Of a stretch of DNA of 46,340 nt, positions 28,850-39,775 are shown piece by piece. The DNA is from Betaproteobacteria bacterium RIFCSPLOWO2_02_64_14 (lineage in GTDB: Bacteria > Pseudomonadota > Gammaproteobacteria > Burkholderiales > SG8-41). The DNA lies in the NCBI GenBank assembly GCA_001770325.1, contig MEQT01000096.1:1-46340 (forward strand). The letters run 5' to 3'. The notes under the pieces are model-generated. The model saw only the letters and a list, made by a program, of their open reading frames with translations, made no database searches and was not told the origin of the DNA. The translations under genes were made by a program, and so were the position numbers. Position 1 is the first letter of the stretch; every line of letters begins with the position of its first letter.

Positions 28850-28932
28850 CTGCCGGTGCCGCTTTGGCGAAGCGCGAGGCCGTCTATAAAATCGATATAG
28901 AATCAGTACGTTATTTACACGCCTGCCGCGCC

Positions 28933-29841
28933 CTAGGCGGGGTCTACGGCAACCAGGTGTTGCTGGACGGAGAGCCATGCCCCGAGCCAGCAGAGCCACG
29001 TTGAGAACAGCACGATGCCGGTGCTCTCCTCCGGAGTGAGTCGTCGCAGATTGAGGCTGGCGCCGTAGATCTGGCCGATTTCGGTCAAACTGTGGTTCAA
29101 CACGTAGGCGCCAGCCCATACCAGGGCCCAAGCGGCCAAGCCACCGAAAGCACCGAGCACGGCCCCGTAATAGAGAAACGGGCGGCGTATGAACGGGTCG
29201 GTGGCGCCGATCAGCCTGGAGACTTCGATCTCTTCGCGTTGCGTGAGGATCTGCAGGCGGATCGTGTTGAAGGTGACCGCGACCATGGCGATGCCCAGAG
29301 CCGCAGCCAGCAACAGCACCACCAACTTACCGAGCCTGAGCAATGCATCCAGGCGCGTCGCCCAGGCCGTATCGAGCTGAACATGCGCTACCTTCGGCCA
29401 CTTGCGAAACTCCTCGCGCATGTTCTGCAGATTCCCGGCACCGCCATCCCTGGCGTCAACGACGAACGCATCCGGCAAGGGGTTGTGCTGCAGGCTATCG
29501 ACCACATCTGCGAGCCCTGCGCTCGCCTTGAGCTCACGCAGCGCCTGATCGCGCGGCACGAAGCTGAACTTCAGCACGCTTGCATGCCGCTTCAACCGGT
29601 CCCGCACCGACGCCGCATCGTCGCCGCTGGCGTCAAGCGCAAGAAACACCGACAGCTGCGGTGTGCTGCCATGCGTGCGTGCGAGATGCTGCAGGGTGCC
29701 CAGAATGACGTAGCCTCCTACCGGCAGCGCAAGTGCAATGCCAATGACAGCGATATTGAGCAGGCTTGCCATCCGCGACCGCGCGAACCTGGCGAGTGTC
29801 GCGGCAAGAGTGCGGGCATGTTGGGTCAGCCAGGTTCTCAT
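28933..29841 (-). CDS. ftsX: Cell division ABC permease FtsX
   Basis: VIGIALALP, NPLPDAF, NTIRLQI, LIGAT..FIRRPFLY. Confidence 0.96.
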   Translation of the reverse strand: MRTWLTQHARTLAATLARFARSRMASLLNIAVIGIALALPVGGYVILGTLQHLARTHGSTPQLSVFLALDASGDDAASVRDRLKRHASVLKFSFVPRDQALRELKASAGLADVVDSLQHNPLPDAFVVDARDGGAGNLQNMREEFRKWPKVAHVQLDTAWATRLDALLRLGKLVVLLLAAALGIAMVAVTFNTIRLQILTQREEIEVSRLIGATDPFIRRPFLYYGAVLGAFGGLAAWALVWAGAYVLNHSLTEIGQIYGASLNLRRLTPEESTGIVLFSTWLCWLGAWLSVQQHLVAVDPA

Positions 29842-30506
29842 GTGCGCGGGAACTCCGGGACGATCTCTCCGCTCCTGAGAGCGATCGCTCTCGACGCGAG
29901 ATGCTGCGCGAGCAGCGCGTCATGGGTCGCGATGACCACTGTCACGCCGACTTGATGGAAGGATCGAAACAGGTCGCCCAATTCGCGCGCGTGTTCGGCG
30001 TCTACGTTGCCGGTAGGGTCGTCCGCAAGGAGCATTGCGGGGCGGTGCACGATGGCGCGCGCGATGGCAAGTCGACGCTGCTCGCCGCCGGAAAGCGTGA
30101 TCGGGTATGCCCGCTCCTTGTGGAGCAGGCCCACTTTGTCGAGCGCCGCGCGCACCCGGCGAGCGGCTTCTCGTGAATCGTATCCCACGATGTTGAGCGG
30201 CAGCACGACGTTGTCGAACGCGCTGCGGTCGAACAACAGCTTGTGGTCCTCGAAGACGAGCCCGAAGTTGCGCCGCAGAAACGGGACGGCGCGTCGCCTG
30301 AGCGTCCCCACGTTCTGCCCGTTGATCACCACGCTGCCGCTGGTGGGCCTCTCGATCGCCGCCATGAGCTTGAGCAGCGTCGTCTTGCCCGCTCCCGAGT
30401 GACCGGTGACCAGCACCATCTCGCGGTCGGCGACCGTGAACGACACATCTCTCAGCGCCTCGACGCCGCCGGGATAGCGTTTGCAAACAGCGGTGAAGCT
30501 GATCAT
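29838..30506 (-). CDS. ftsE: Cell division ATP-binding protein FtsE
   Basis: GHSGAGKTT, LSGGEQ, ATHD; lies between ftsY and ftsX. Confidence 0.95.
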   Translation of the reverse strand: MISFTAVCKRYPGGVEALRDVSFTVADREMVLVTGHSGAGKTTLLKLMAAIERPTSGSVVINGQNVGTLRRRAVPFLRRNFGLVFEDHKLLFDRSAFDNVVLPLNIVGYDSREAARRVRAALDKVGLLHKERAYPITLSGGEQRRLAIARAIVHRPAMLLADDPTGNVDAEHARELGDLFRSFHQVGVTVVIATHDALLAQHLASRAIALRSGEIVPEFPRT

Positions 30507-30507
30507 G

Positions 30508-30542
30508 GGATCGAGGATTCAGGATCGAGGATTCAGCATTGA
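30508..30542. repeat. Heptamer tandem array directly upstream of the ftsE start
   Basis: GGATCGA GGATTCA GGATCGA GGATTCA GCATTGA. Confidence 0.85.
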
Positions 30543-30582
30543 GGAGCCAGGCACGCATGTTTCTCTTGACGACTCACCTTGC

Positions 30583-31554
30583 TCAATCCTCGAGCAGTGC
30601 GTCGACGAACTCCTCGGCACTGAACGGACGAAGGTCATCGAGGCCCTCGCCGACTCCCACGAAACGCAGGGGAATGGTTCCTCCCGATCCGCCGCGGGCG
30701 CGTATGTGGGCGATTGCGGCGATTACACCGCCCCTGGCGGTGCCGTCGAGCTTGGTGAGCACCAGCCCGGTGACACCAAGCGCCTCGTCGAACGCCCTCA
30801 CCTGGGCGATACCGTTCTGCCCGGTATTGGCGTCGAGCACCAGCAGCACCTCGTGCGGCGCGCCCGGCAGCGCCTTGGCGATGACGCGTTTGACTTTCCT
30901 GATCTCTTCCATCAAGTGCAACTGCGTCGGCAGCCGTCCGGCGGTGTCCGCGAGCAGCACGTCGACGCCGCGCGCCTGTGCCGCGCTCACGGCATCGAAG
31001 ATCACGGCCGCCGCGTCGCCCGCCTGCTGCGTGATCATGGCGATGTCATTGCGCTCGGCCCACACGGCGAGCTGCTCGCGTGCGGCGGCGCGGTAGGTGT
31101 CGCCGGCGGCAAGCAATACCTTCCGGCCCTGCGTCTGGTAGTAGTGGGCGAGTTTGCCGATCGAAGTCGTCTTGCCCGCGCCGTTCACGCCGGCCAGCAT
31201 GATCACGAACGGCCTATGTTGCGTAACGTCAAGAGGGACCGCGAGCGGGCGCAGCAAATCGACCAGTGCATCACGCAATGCGGCTTTAAGCTGCGAAGCC
31301 TCGGTGAGGCCCTCGCGTTTCGCGCGCGCGCGCAAGGAGGTAAGCAACTCGCTCGTCGCCGCGACACCGACGTCGGAAGCGAGCACGGCCGCCTCGAGTT
31401 CGTCATAGAAAGCGGGATCGAGCTTCCGTCCGCTGCTGAACAGACCCACGAGCCGCGTGCTGAACTGCACGCGGGTCTTCGACAACCCCTGCTTCAGACG
31501 GGCAAACCAGCCGCCGGAGTCGGCGTCGCCACGGGATTTGAGGAAACTTCGCAT
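30583..31554 (-). CDS. ftsY: SRP receptor FtsY (short, NG domain only)
   Basis: GVNGAGKTT, DTYRAAA, DTAGR, TKLDG. Confidence 0.98.
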   Translation of the reverse strand: MRSFLKSRGDADSGGWFARLKQGLSKTRVQFSTRLVGLFSSGRKLDPAFYDELEAAVLASDVGVAATSELLTSLRARAKREGLTEASQLKAALRDALVDLLRPLAVPLDVTQHRPFVIMLAGVNGAGKTTSIGKLAHYYQTQGRKVLLAAGDTYRAAAREQLAVWAERNDIAMITQQAGDAAAVIFDAVSAAQARGVDVLLADTAGRLPTQLHLMEEIRKVKRVIAKALPGAPHEVLLVLDANTGQNGIAQVRAFDEALGVTGLVLTKLDGTARGGVIAAIAHIRARGGSGGTIPLRFVGVGEGLDDLRPFSAEEFVDALLED

Positions 31555-31681
31555 GCGATCTCGGGTCTGAGGGGCGTAGAATGCGGGTCGCGGCCGGCAA
31601 CGCCGTCGGCGCTCGACTCAAACGCGACCGCGACCCGCTACAATTTTACCCGAATCACAACCGCTCCCAGCCGCCCCAACC

Positions 31682-33070
31682 ATGAATCGCCTGTCGCTGA
31701 CGCTGCGCCTGATCGCAAGGCTCGCGCTCCTCGTTGCAATCTTCGCGCACACGGCGGAAGCTGCCGGCACCGTGGAGCATACGCTTTCGAACGGCCTGCG
31801 GATCATCGTCAAACCCGACCACCGTGCGCCCGTCGTGGTGTCGCTGCTGTGGTACAAAGTGGGAAGCGCGGACGAGGTGAATGGCGCCACCGGCGTCGCG
31901 CACGTCCTCGAACACATGATGTTCAAAGGCACGCGTAACCTCGGGGCGGGCGAGTTTTCTAAGCTGATCGCCGCTGCAGGCGGGCGCGACAACGCATTCA
32001 CCAGCAAGGACTACACGGGCTACTTCCAGATGCTCCACAAGTCCCAGCTTGGTCTTGCATTCAAGCTGGAAGCGGACCGGATGGCGAACCTGGTGTTGAC
32101 TCCGGAGGAATTCGCCAAGGAAATCCGGGTGGTGATGGAGGAGCGGCGCTGGCGCACCGACGATCGACCGCGGGCGACGCTCTACGAGCGGCTGATGGCG
32201 ACTGCGTTTTTGGCGCATCCCTATCGCAATCCGATCATCGGCTGGATGAGCGACCTCCAGAACATGCGGCCCGAGGATGCACACGCATTCTACGAACAGT
32301 GGTACGCGCCAAATAACGCGATACTGGTGGTGGTGGGTGACGTCGCGCCGGACGAGGTATTCGCAATGGCACGGGAACATTTCGGCGCGATCCAGCCCAA
32401 GGCCTTGCCCGTACGCAAGCCGCAGGACGAACCCCCCCAGCGCGGATTGAGGCGCCTTTCGGTCAAAGCCTCGGCAGAGTTGCCCTACGTCGTGATGGCG
32501 TTCCGCGCGCCGAAGCTCGCCGATCCCGAAAAGGATTGGGAGCCGTATGCGCTCGAGATGCTGGCGAATATCCTGGATGGAAACGCCGCCTCGCGCCTGC
32601 CGCATGTGCTGGTGCGCACCGAGCGCCTTGCCAACTCCGCGTCTGCCAGTTACGACGGGGTCGGGCGCGGGCCGGGCGTGTTCTATCTGGATGGCGTTCC
32701 AGCGGCGGGCAGGAGCGTCGCGGAGCTGGAGCAGGCATTGCGTCGTGAGGTAAGGCGCATCGCGGACGAAGGCGTGGCGGAGAATGAGCTGCGGCGGGTG
32801 AAGGCCCAGGCGGTGGCGAGTTACGTCTACCAGCGGGACTCGATGTTTTTCCAGGCGCGCCAGATCGGCGCGATGGAAATCGCGGGCCTCCCGCACACGA
32901 CGCTCGATCTGCAACTCGAGAAGCTGAAACAGGTCACGCCGGCGCAGGTACAGGACGTTGCGCGCCGGTACTTCGGAGATGACGAGCTTACCGTGGCCTA
33001 TCTCGATCCCCAGCCGCTCAGCGGGCGCCGGGAGTTTCGTCCGCCGGCGGGACTACGGCATGTGGAATAG
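31682..33070 (+). CDS. M16 zinc peptidase, catalytic subunit
   Basis: Signal peptide, inverted zinc motif HVLEH, NAFT, VMEERR. Confidence 0.95.
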   Translation: MNRLSLTLRLIARLALLVAIFAHTAEAAGTVEHTLSNGLRIIVKPDHRAPVVVSLLWYKVGSADEVNGATGVAHVLEHMMFKGTRNLGAGEFSKLIAAAGGRDNAFTSKDYTGYFQMLHKSQLGLAFKLEADRMANLVLTPEEFAKEIRVVMEERRWRTDDRPRATLYERLMATAFLAHPYRNPIIGWMSDLQNMRPEDAHAFYEQWYAPNNAILVVVGDVAPDEVFAMAREHFGAIQPKALPVRKPQDEPPQRGLRRLSVKASAELPYVVMAFRAPKLADPEKDWEPYALEMLANILDGNAASRLPHVLVRTERLANSASASYDGVGRGPGVFYLDGVPAAGRSVAELEQALRREVRRIADEGVAENELRRVKAQAVASYVYQRDSMFFQARQIGAMEIAGLPHTTLDLQLEKLKQVTPAQVQDVARRYFGDDELTVAYLDPQPLSGRREFRPPAGLRHVE

Positions 33071-34400
33071 ACGGGTCGTGCTTTTCTGGATAGCGGCAGC
33101 GCTATTCTCGGCGGCAGATTGGGCGCATGCCATCCTGCCGATCCAGCACTGGCAGGCAAAAAACGGGGCGCGCGTGTACTTCGTCGAAAACCGCAGCCTG
33201 CCGATGCTCGACGTGAGCGTGGGGTTCCCCGCGGGCGCTGCCTTCGACAGCCGCGAGAAATCCGGTACCGCAAGCATGACCAATCGCTTGTTGCGCCTTG
33301 GCGCCGAGGGTCTCGACGAGCAGGCCATCGCGAGCCGGCTCGCAGATGTCGGCGCGCAGCTCGGGGGGCAGTTCAACACCGATCATGCGGGGCTTTCGCT
33401 GCGCACGCTTTCGAGCAACGCTGAGCGGGAGCAGGCGCTGGATATTCTCGCACGGCTGCTTGCGCGCCCCATATTTCCGGAGGCGGTGCTGGAGCGCGAG
33501 AAGGCGCGGCTTGCGTCCGCGATCAGGGAGGCAGACACCAAACCCGACACCCTCGCGTCGGTGACGTTCTACCGGCTGCTGTACCGCGACCACCCCTATT
33601 CGCAGCGGTCTTCCGGCGACGTGGCGAGCGTGGAGCGTCTCACGCGCCAGGACCTGCTCGATTTCTACCGCCGGCATTACGTCGCGCGCCATGCGGTGGT
33701 GGCGATGATCGGCGATGCGAGTCGCGAACAGGCGGAGGCGATCGCGGAGCAGCTTACCGCGGGCCTGCAGGAAGGCGACGTGCGCGTACCCGACTTGCCC
33801 CCGGTCGGCGCGCTGGCCGAGCCGGTGACGCGTTTCATCGCGCATCCCGCCACGCAGAGCCACATCCTGGTGGGCGCGCCGGGGATGCGTCGTGACGATC
33901 CCGATTATTTTGCGCTTTTCATCGGCAACCAGATCCTGGGTGGCGGCGGGTTCGTCTCGCGCCTCAACGAGGAACTGCGGCAGAAGCGGGGCCTCGCCTA
34001 CTCGGCGTATAGCTATTTTTCGCCGCTCAGACAATCCGGCCCGTTCCTGATCGGCATGCAGACCCAGCGCGATCAGACACAAGAGGCGCTCAGCCTGGTG
34101 CGCGCGACGTTACGCGAGTTCCTCGCGAACGGTCCGACGGAAGCCGAGTTGACGGCAGTGAAGAAGAACATCGTGGGCGGGTTTCCGCTGCGCATAGACA
34201 GCAACCGCAAGATCCACGGCTACCTCGATCTGATTGGAGCGTACCGCCTGCCGCTCACTTACCTCGACGACTTCGTGGCGAATGTCGAGCGTGTGACGGT
34301 GGGCGACATCCGCCGCGCTTTCGCGCGGCTCGACCCCGAGCGCATGGTGACGGTCGTGGTTGGCGCGGAGGACACCGCGGCGACGTCGGCTGTGCGCTGA
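33060..34400 (+). CDS. M16 peptidase, non-catalytic partner subunit
   Basis: No HxxEH; GGGGFVSRL...RQKRGLAY. Confidence 0.92.
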   Translation: MWNRRVVLFWIAAALFSAADWAHAILPIQHWQAKNGARVYFVENRSLPMLDVSVGFPAGAAFDSREKSGTASMTNRLLRLGAEGLDEQAIASRLADVGAQLGGQFNTDHAGLSLRTLSSNAEREQALDILARLLARPIFPEAVLEREKARLASAIREADTKPDTLASVTFYRLLYRDHPYSQRSSGDVASVERLTRQDLLDFYRRHYVARHAVVAMIGDASREQAEAIAEQLTAGLQEGDVRVPDLPPVGALAEPVTRFIAHPATQSHILVGAPGMRRDDPDYFALFIGNQILGGGGFVSRLNEELRQKRGLAYSAYSYFSPLRQSGPFLIGMQTQRDQTQEALSLVRATLREFLANGPTEAELTAVKKNIVGGFPLRIDSNRKIHGYLDLIGAYRLPLTYLDDFVANVERVTVGDIRRAFARLDPERMVTVVVGAEDTAATSAVR

Positions 34401-34424
34401 TACTTCACGCGCGGCGGGCCGCGG

Positions 34425-35799
<1,375 letters not shown>

Positions 35800-35805
35800 G
35801 ATTGC

Positions 35806-36621
35806 TCAGCGCTGGCAGCACGGACAGTAGAACGTCGCGCGCTGCCCCTGCCGGATTTCCCTGATCGGCGTGCCGCAGCGGGAGCACGGTTCTCCCGCGC
35901 GGCCGTAGACCAGGAACGCTTTCTGGAAGTTGCCGGCCATCCCGTCGCCGCCCACGTAGTCGCGCAGGCTGCTGCCGCCGGCGTAGATCGCTGCAGTGAG
36001 GGTCTCGCGGAGTTTTTGCACAAGAAGCCGACATCGCGCAAGGCTGAGACGCTGCGCCGGAAGTCTTGGATTGATGCCTGCGTGGAACAGCGCCTCGTTC
36101 GCGTAAATGTTCCCCACACCGGCGACGACATGTCCATCCATAAGGACATGTTTGATGGCTGCACCGCGCTTGAGCATCACGCGGTGCAGGCATGCGCCGT
36201 CAAATTCGTCCGAGAGAGGTTCGGGGCCGATGTGCGCGAGCAGCGGATGGCGCAGCGGGTCCCCCGTCTGCCACAGAACCAGTCCGAAGCGCCGCGGGTC
36301 GCGCAGCCGCACGATCTTGCCGTTCGCGAGGACGAGATCGAAGTGATCGTGTTTTTCCGCGGGCGTCGCCGCATCCACCAGCCACAACCGGCCGGACATG
36401 CCGAGATGCAGGATGAGGGTGCCCGCACCGCAGTCGATCAGCAGATATTTTCCGCGGCGGGTGAGCGCACGGATGGTGGTGCCCGAAAGGCGCGCGGAGA
36501 GCCGGGGCGGCACCGGTTTTCGCAGCCGCCCGTTTCGGATAGTCACGCGCGCAATCCTCTGCCCGACGAGGTGCTGTTCCAGGCCGCGGCGCGTGGTCTC
36601 GACTTCCGGCAGTTCAGGCAT
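35806..36621 (-). CDS. mutM: Formamidopyrimidine-DNA glycosylase
   Basis: MPELPEVE, HLGMSG, DPRRFG, GNIYA, C-terminal zinc finger. Confidence 0.98.
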   Translation of the reverse strand: MPELPEVETTRRGLEQHLVGQRIARVTIRNGRLRKPVPPRLSARLSGTTIRALTRRGKYLLIDCGAGTLILHLGMSGRLWLVDAATPAEKHDHFDLVLANGKIVRLRDPRRFGLVLWQTGDPLRHPLLAHIGPEPLSDEFDGACLHRVMLKRGAAIKHVLMDGHVVAGVGNIYANEALFHAGINPRLPAQRLSLARCRLLVQKLRETLTAAIYAGGSSLRDYVGGDGMAGNFQKAFLVYGRAGEPCSRCGTPIREIRQGQRATFYCPCCQR

Positions 36622-36637
36622 TGGAGGATGAGAAAAT

Positions 36638-36696
36638 CGTGATCGGTGAGCCGTGATCCGACCCGAATTCGATGCTCTGTGAGTTACCGGTCACGC
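36638..36696. repeat. Degenerate heptamer array upstream of mutM with partial inverted arm
   Basis: CGTGATC GGTGAGC CGTGATC (36638-36658); GTTACCG GTCACGC (36683-36696). Confidence 0.55.
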
Positions 36697-36698
36697 AA

Positions 36699-37544
36699 TC
36701 AATCCTTCGCCGCCGCCTGTCCGGGCGGAGCGAGCAGGCGGCGCGCGCTGGCTGCAGAAAAGTGATACTGGAGCTTCTCATCGTGGCGCGCGATCACCAG
36801 TTCGGGCTCGCGTCGGATGATGCCGAGCGTGACCGATGCTCCCGATTCGAGGCCGATTCTCACCTCGGTGGACGCAGGATGCGGCACAAGCGGCGCGACG
36901 CGCGCCGCCGCCGCGAGCTGCCAGTTTCCGACCCAGCGGGCGAGATCTTCCTGACTCAACGACTCCCGCGCCGGCATGATCAACCACTTTCCGCCGTCCT
37001 GCCGGAGGGAAAACTCTCCCATCTCGAAGCGTATCGGCACTTCGGATTTGGAAAGCAGTTGCCTGCGCGCGAGTTGCGCGGCATCCAGAGGCAGTGCGCC
37101 GCCATAGCGCGAAGCGACGGCATAGACCGCGCCGCCGGTGAGTACATACTGTTCGCCCGACACCGCATTCACCATGCCGAACGCGAAACGCTCTCCGTCG
37201 ATCATCAGCCGGGTTCGCGGCCGATCCAGCTCAAAGCGATCGAGACGACTCGCGTCAAATCGCTGCGTCGAGCGTGCCGCCAGTATCGCCAGCAACCGCT
37301 GAACCTGTTCCGCATCGGCCTCGGCGCCTGGCGGCGCGGTCATGCGCCAGATGTCGTCCTTCTTCTCGATCGCGATGGCGGGGCGGCCCTCGCGTTCAAT
37401 CCGCATGCTCCTCGCCTGAGCCGGCAGCCGGGTCGACAGGGCGTGAGTCGTCGACTCCTCGCGCGGGGGCTTGAAATAGATGAAGGTTCCCAGGCCGGCG
37501 ACCGCGAGCAGCAGCGCCAGATTGGCCCGCGACAGCCGGCTCAT
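36699..37544 (-). CDS. DUF4340-like membrane-anchored periplasmic protein
   Basis: N-terminal anchor, WRMTAP..AEAD..V.RLL; last gene of the Gld-like ABC operon. Confidence 0.75.
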   Translation of the reverse strand: MSRLSRANLALLLAVAGLGTFIYFKPPREESTTHALSTRLPAQARSMRIEREGRPAIAIEKKDDIWRMTAPPGAEADAEQVQRLLAILAARSTQRFDASRLDRFELDRPRTRLMIDGERFAFGMVNAVSGEQYVLTGGAVYAVASRYGGALPLDAAQLARRQLLSKSEVPIRFEMGEFSLRQDGGKWLIMPARESLSQEDLARWVGNWQLAAAARVAPLVPHPASTEVRIGLESGASVTLGIIRREPELVIARHDEKLQYHFSAASARRLLAPPGQAAAKD

Positions 37545-37633
37545 GGGGACAGTCTGCCGGCCTGGCCGACAACCCGGCTCCCGCCAAAGGGCTGCGTGAT
37601 CTTCTTCGACGCGGAAGTGCCGTTGCGCATCAT
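37541..37633 (-). CDS. Possible 30-aa bridging ORF
   Basis: MMRNGTSASKKITQPFGGSRVVGQAGRLSP*; ATGA overlaps with both neighbours. Confidence 0.3.
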   Translation of the reverse strand: MMRNGTSASKKITQPFGGSRVVGQAGRLSP

Positions 37634-38997
37634 GTGGCCCTGCGCCGCCGCCACCAGATGACCGTACCGGTCACGATGAACACGAGTGGCAGCACCAGCA
37701 GAAATGCTATGGCGATCAGGTACAGCGTGATCTGGTCGATAGCGAGATTCGCGTCCGTGGCCGCCCGCGGCTGCACGGTGACCAGGGTGTCCGCGCCGGC
37801 GAGCCAGTTCACCATGTTGAGCCCCAGGTCCAGATTGCCGCCGTTGCCGAGGTAGGTGTTCGACAGGAAGTGCCCGGTGCCCACCACCACCACCCGCTGC
37901 GAGCGATCACCCACGCTGCGTTCGAAGGCTTGCGCGATCGTGACCGGCCCGGGGATATCGCGTGCCTTGTCGAAACTTACCTCCGGCTCGAGCTTGTCGA
38001 GTTCGATCCAGCCGCGCTGCGCAACCTCGACGAGCGGCGCGACGCGCCATTCCTCGCGCTCCTGGATGGCGATTTGGCGCGCGTGCGGAAACACCGTGTT
38101 CACGCTGAATCCCTGGGTGACCGGATGCCGGCCGTAATTGGCGGCGGTTCCGACTGCGAATACCGGCGGGCCGCTGCGCGGCTTCAACACAAAGTCCACC
38201 ACGGTGCCCGGCGTGAGTACCAGGCCCAGCATTTCCGCGACGGGCTCCAGGCCGCGCAGGGGTTCCTGGTCGATCAACCACAGCAGGTTGCCACCAGCGT
38301 CGAGATGGCGTCTGATCTTGCCGACCTCCGCTTCCAGCAGATCGGCCTGCGGTGTCGCGATGACCAGAACCGCGGCATCGCGGGGCACGTCCTGGGCGAC
38401 CGCGAGATTGAGGCTCGCCACGCGAAATCCCTTTTTCTGCAGCAAACGCCCGAAGTCACCGAGGTCATGGTTGGCGATGCCGTTCAACTTTCTTTCACCG
38501 TGGCCGTCGAGCCACATCACCCGGCTGTCCGCGCCCCGCGCGAGCCGCATCAGCAGGTTGGCAAAGTTCTGCTCGTTGAATTCTTCGAGCGCCAGATGCT
38601 CGGAGCGTTGCCGGTACTCGACTATCATCTCGTTCGGCGTGCGCAGGCCGGCGGCTGCCGCCTTTCTCGGCTCTTCGCGGGGATCGACCAGGGTGAGCGT
38701 CGCGTCGCGCTTGGCGCGAAGGTACGGGTGCAACCGTTCTGCGACGATTTTCTGGGGGTTGTTGCCCCCTGCGTCGCGAGTCACGGCGTAGGCCGTGACG
38801 GCGAGCGGCCCGTCGAGCCGATTGATCACCTCCAGTGTTGCCGGGGAGAGCGTATTGCGTCCGCTGCGGGTTATGTCCCATTCCCACCGGTAGTCGCCGG
38901 CGAGATACGCTATCAACGTGACGAGCGCCACAAGAAGCACGGCGAACAACCCGTGTTGTGCGCGCAACCCCATGCGGGAGCGGCGTGTAATTTCCAT
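37630..38997 (-). CDS. GldG-like ABC auxiliary protein
   Basis: WDIT....TLSPAT, GHGE, GGNLL, NLDL.LN.VNWL; N- and C-terminal TM segments. Confidence 0.85.
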   Translation of the reverse strand: MEITRRSRMGLRAQHGLFAVLLVALVTLIAYLAGDYRWEWDITRSGRNTLSPATLEVINRLDGPLAVTAYAVTRDAGGNNPQKIVAERLHPYLRAKRDATLTLVDPREEPRKAAAAGLRTPNEMIVEYRQRSEHLALEEFNEQNFANLLMRLARGADSRVMWLDGHGERKLNGIANHDLGDFGRLLQKKGFRVASLNLAVAQDVPRDAAVLVIATPQADLLEAEVGKIRRHLDAGGNLLWLIDQEPLRGLEPVAEMLGLVLTPGTVVDFVLKPRSGPPVFAVGTAANYGRHPVTQGFSVNTVFPHARQIAIQEREEWRVAPLVEVAQRGWIELDKLEPEVSFDKARDIPGPVTIAQAFERSVGDRSQRVVVVGTGHFLSNTYLGNGGNLDLGLNMVNWLAGADTLVTVQPRAATDANLAIDQITLYLIAIAFLLVLPLVFIVTGTVIWWRRRRAT

Positions 38998-39767
38998 CAG
39001 CCCTTCAGGCGCCGCCCGTCAAGTTCCCGGATCGTGAGCGCCAGGAGCGTGGCAGCAAGCAGCAGCAGACAGATCACGGCGTAGGTATCGATGACGCCTT
39101 TGGCGAGCGGCTCGAAATTCTTGAGCGGCGAGAACACCTGGATCAATGCAGCCGGCACCGGCCAGTTGCGGGCGCGCAGACTGTCACCCGCCGTTTCTCC
39201 CATGAGCAGCATCGCGAGCAGCACCCCGAACGCCCCGATTGCAGCCACCAGCGGGTGCGCGGTAAGCGAGGAGACGTAAAGGCTCGCGGCGGCAAAGGCG
39301 GCCGCAAGCAAGCTCAGGCCCAACGCTACACTGGCGAGCAAACCATAGTCGAGGGCAGTGCCTCCCCCAAGCGCGAGCGGCATGGCCGTGACCAGCCCGA
39401 TGATGAGCATGAGGAACGCGAACAGGCCCACGAACTTGCCAAGCACAATCTCGGTGACCGATACCGGCGCCGACATCAGGAACACCATGGTCTGGTTGCG
39501 CCGCTCCTCCGCGATCAGCCGCATGCCAAGAAGCGGCACTGCAAACAGCAGGATCGCCGCGGCCGTGGCGAAGGTGGGCGCGACCACCAGTTCGGTTACG
39601 CCGGGTGGACTCGCCATTCGAATCAACCGCGGCTGAATCTGCAGGAAATCATCAAGGCGCCGCAGAAAGCTGTAGGCGAGCAGCACCTGCATGAAGGTGA
39701 GCACCACCCACGCCAGCGGCGAAGCGAACAGCGCCTTCAACTCTTTTCCCGCGATGGTGAAAATCAT
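38997..39767 (-). CDS. GldF-like ABC-2 permease
   Basis: KELKALFASPLAW, MRLIAEERR, IVLGKF. Confidence 0.9.
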   Translation of the reverse strand: MIFTIAGKELKALFASPLAWVVLTFMQVLLAYSFLRRLDDFLQIQPRLIRMASPPGVTELVVAPTFATAAAILLFAVPLLGMRLIAEERRNQTMVFLMSAPVSVTEIVLGKFVGLFAFLMLIIGLVTAMPLALGGGTALDYGLLASVALGLSLLAAAFAAASLYVSSLTAHPLVAAIGAFGVLLAMLLMGETAGDSLRARNWPVPAALIQVFSPLKNFEPLAKGVIDTYAVICLLLLAATLLALTIRELDGRRLKG

Positions 39768-39775
39768 TCAATCCC

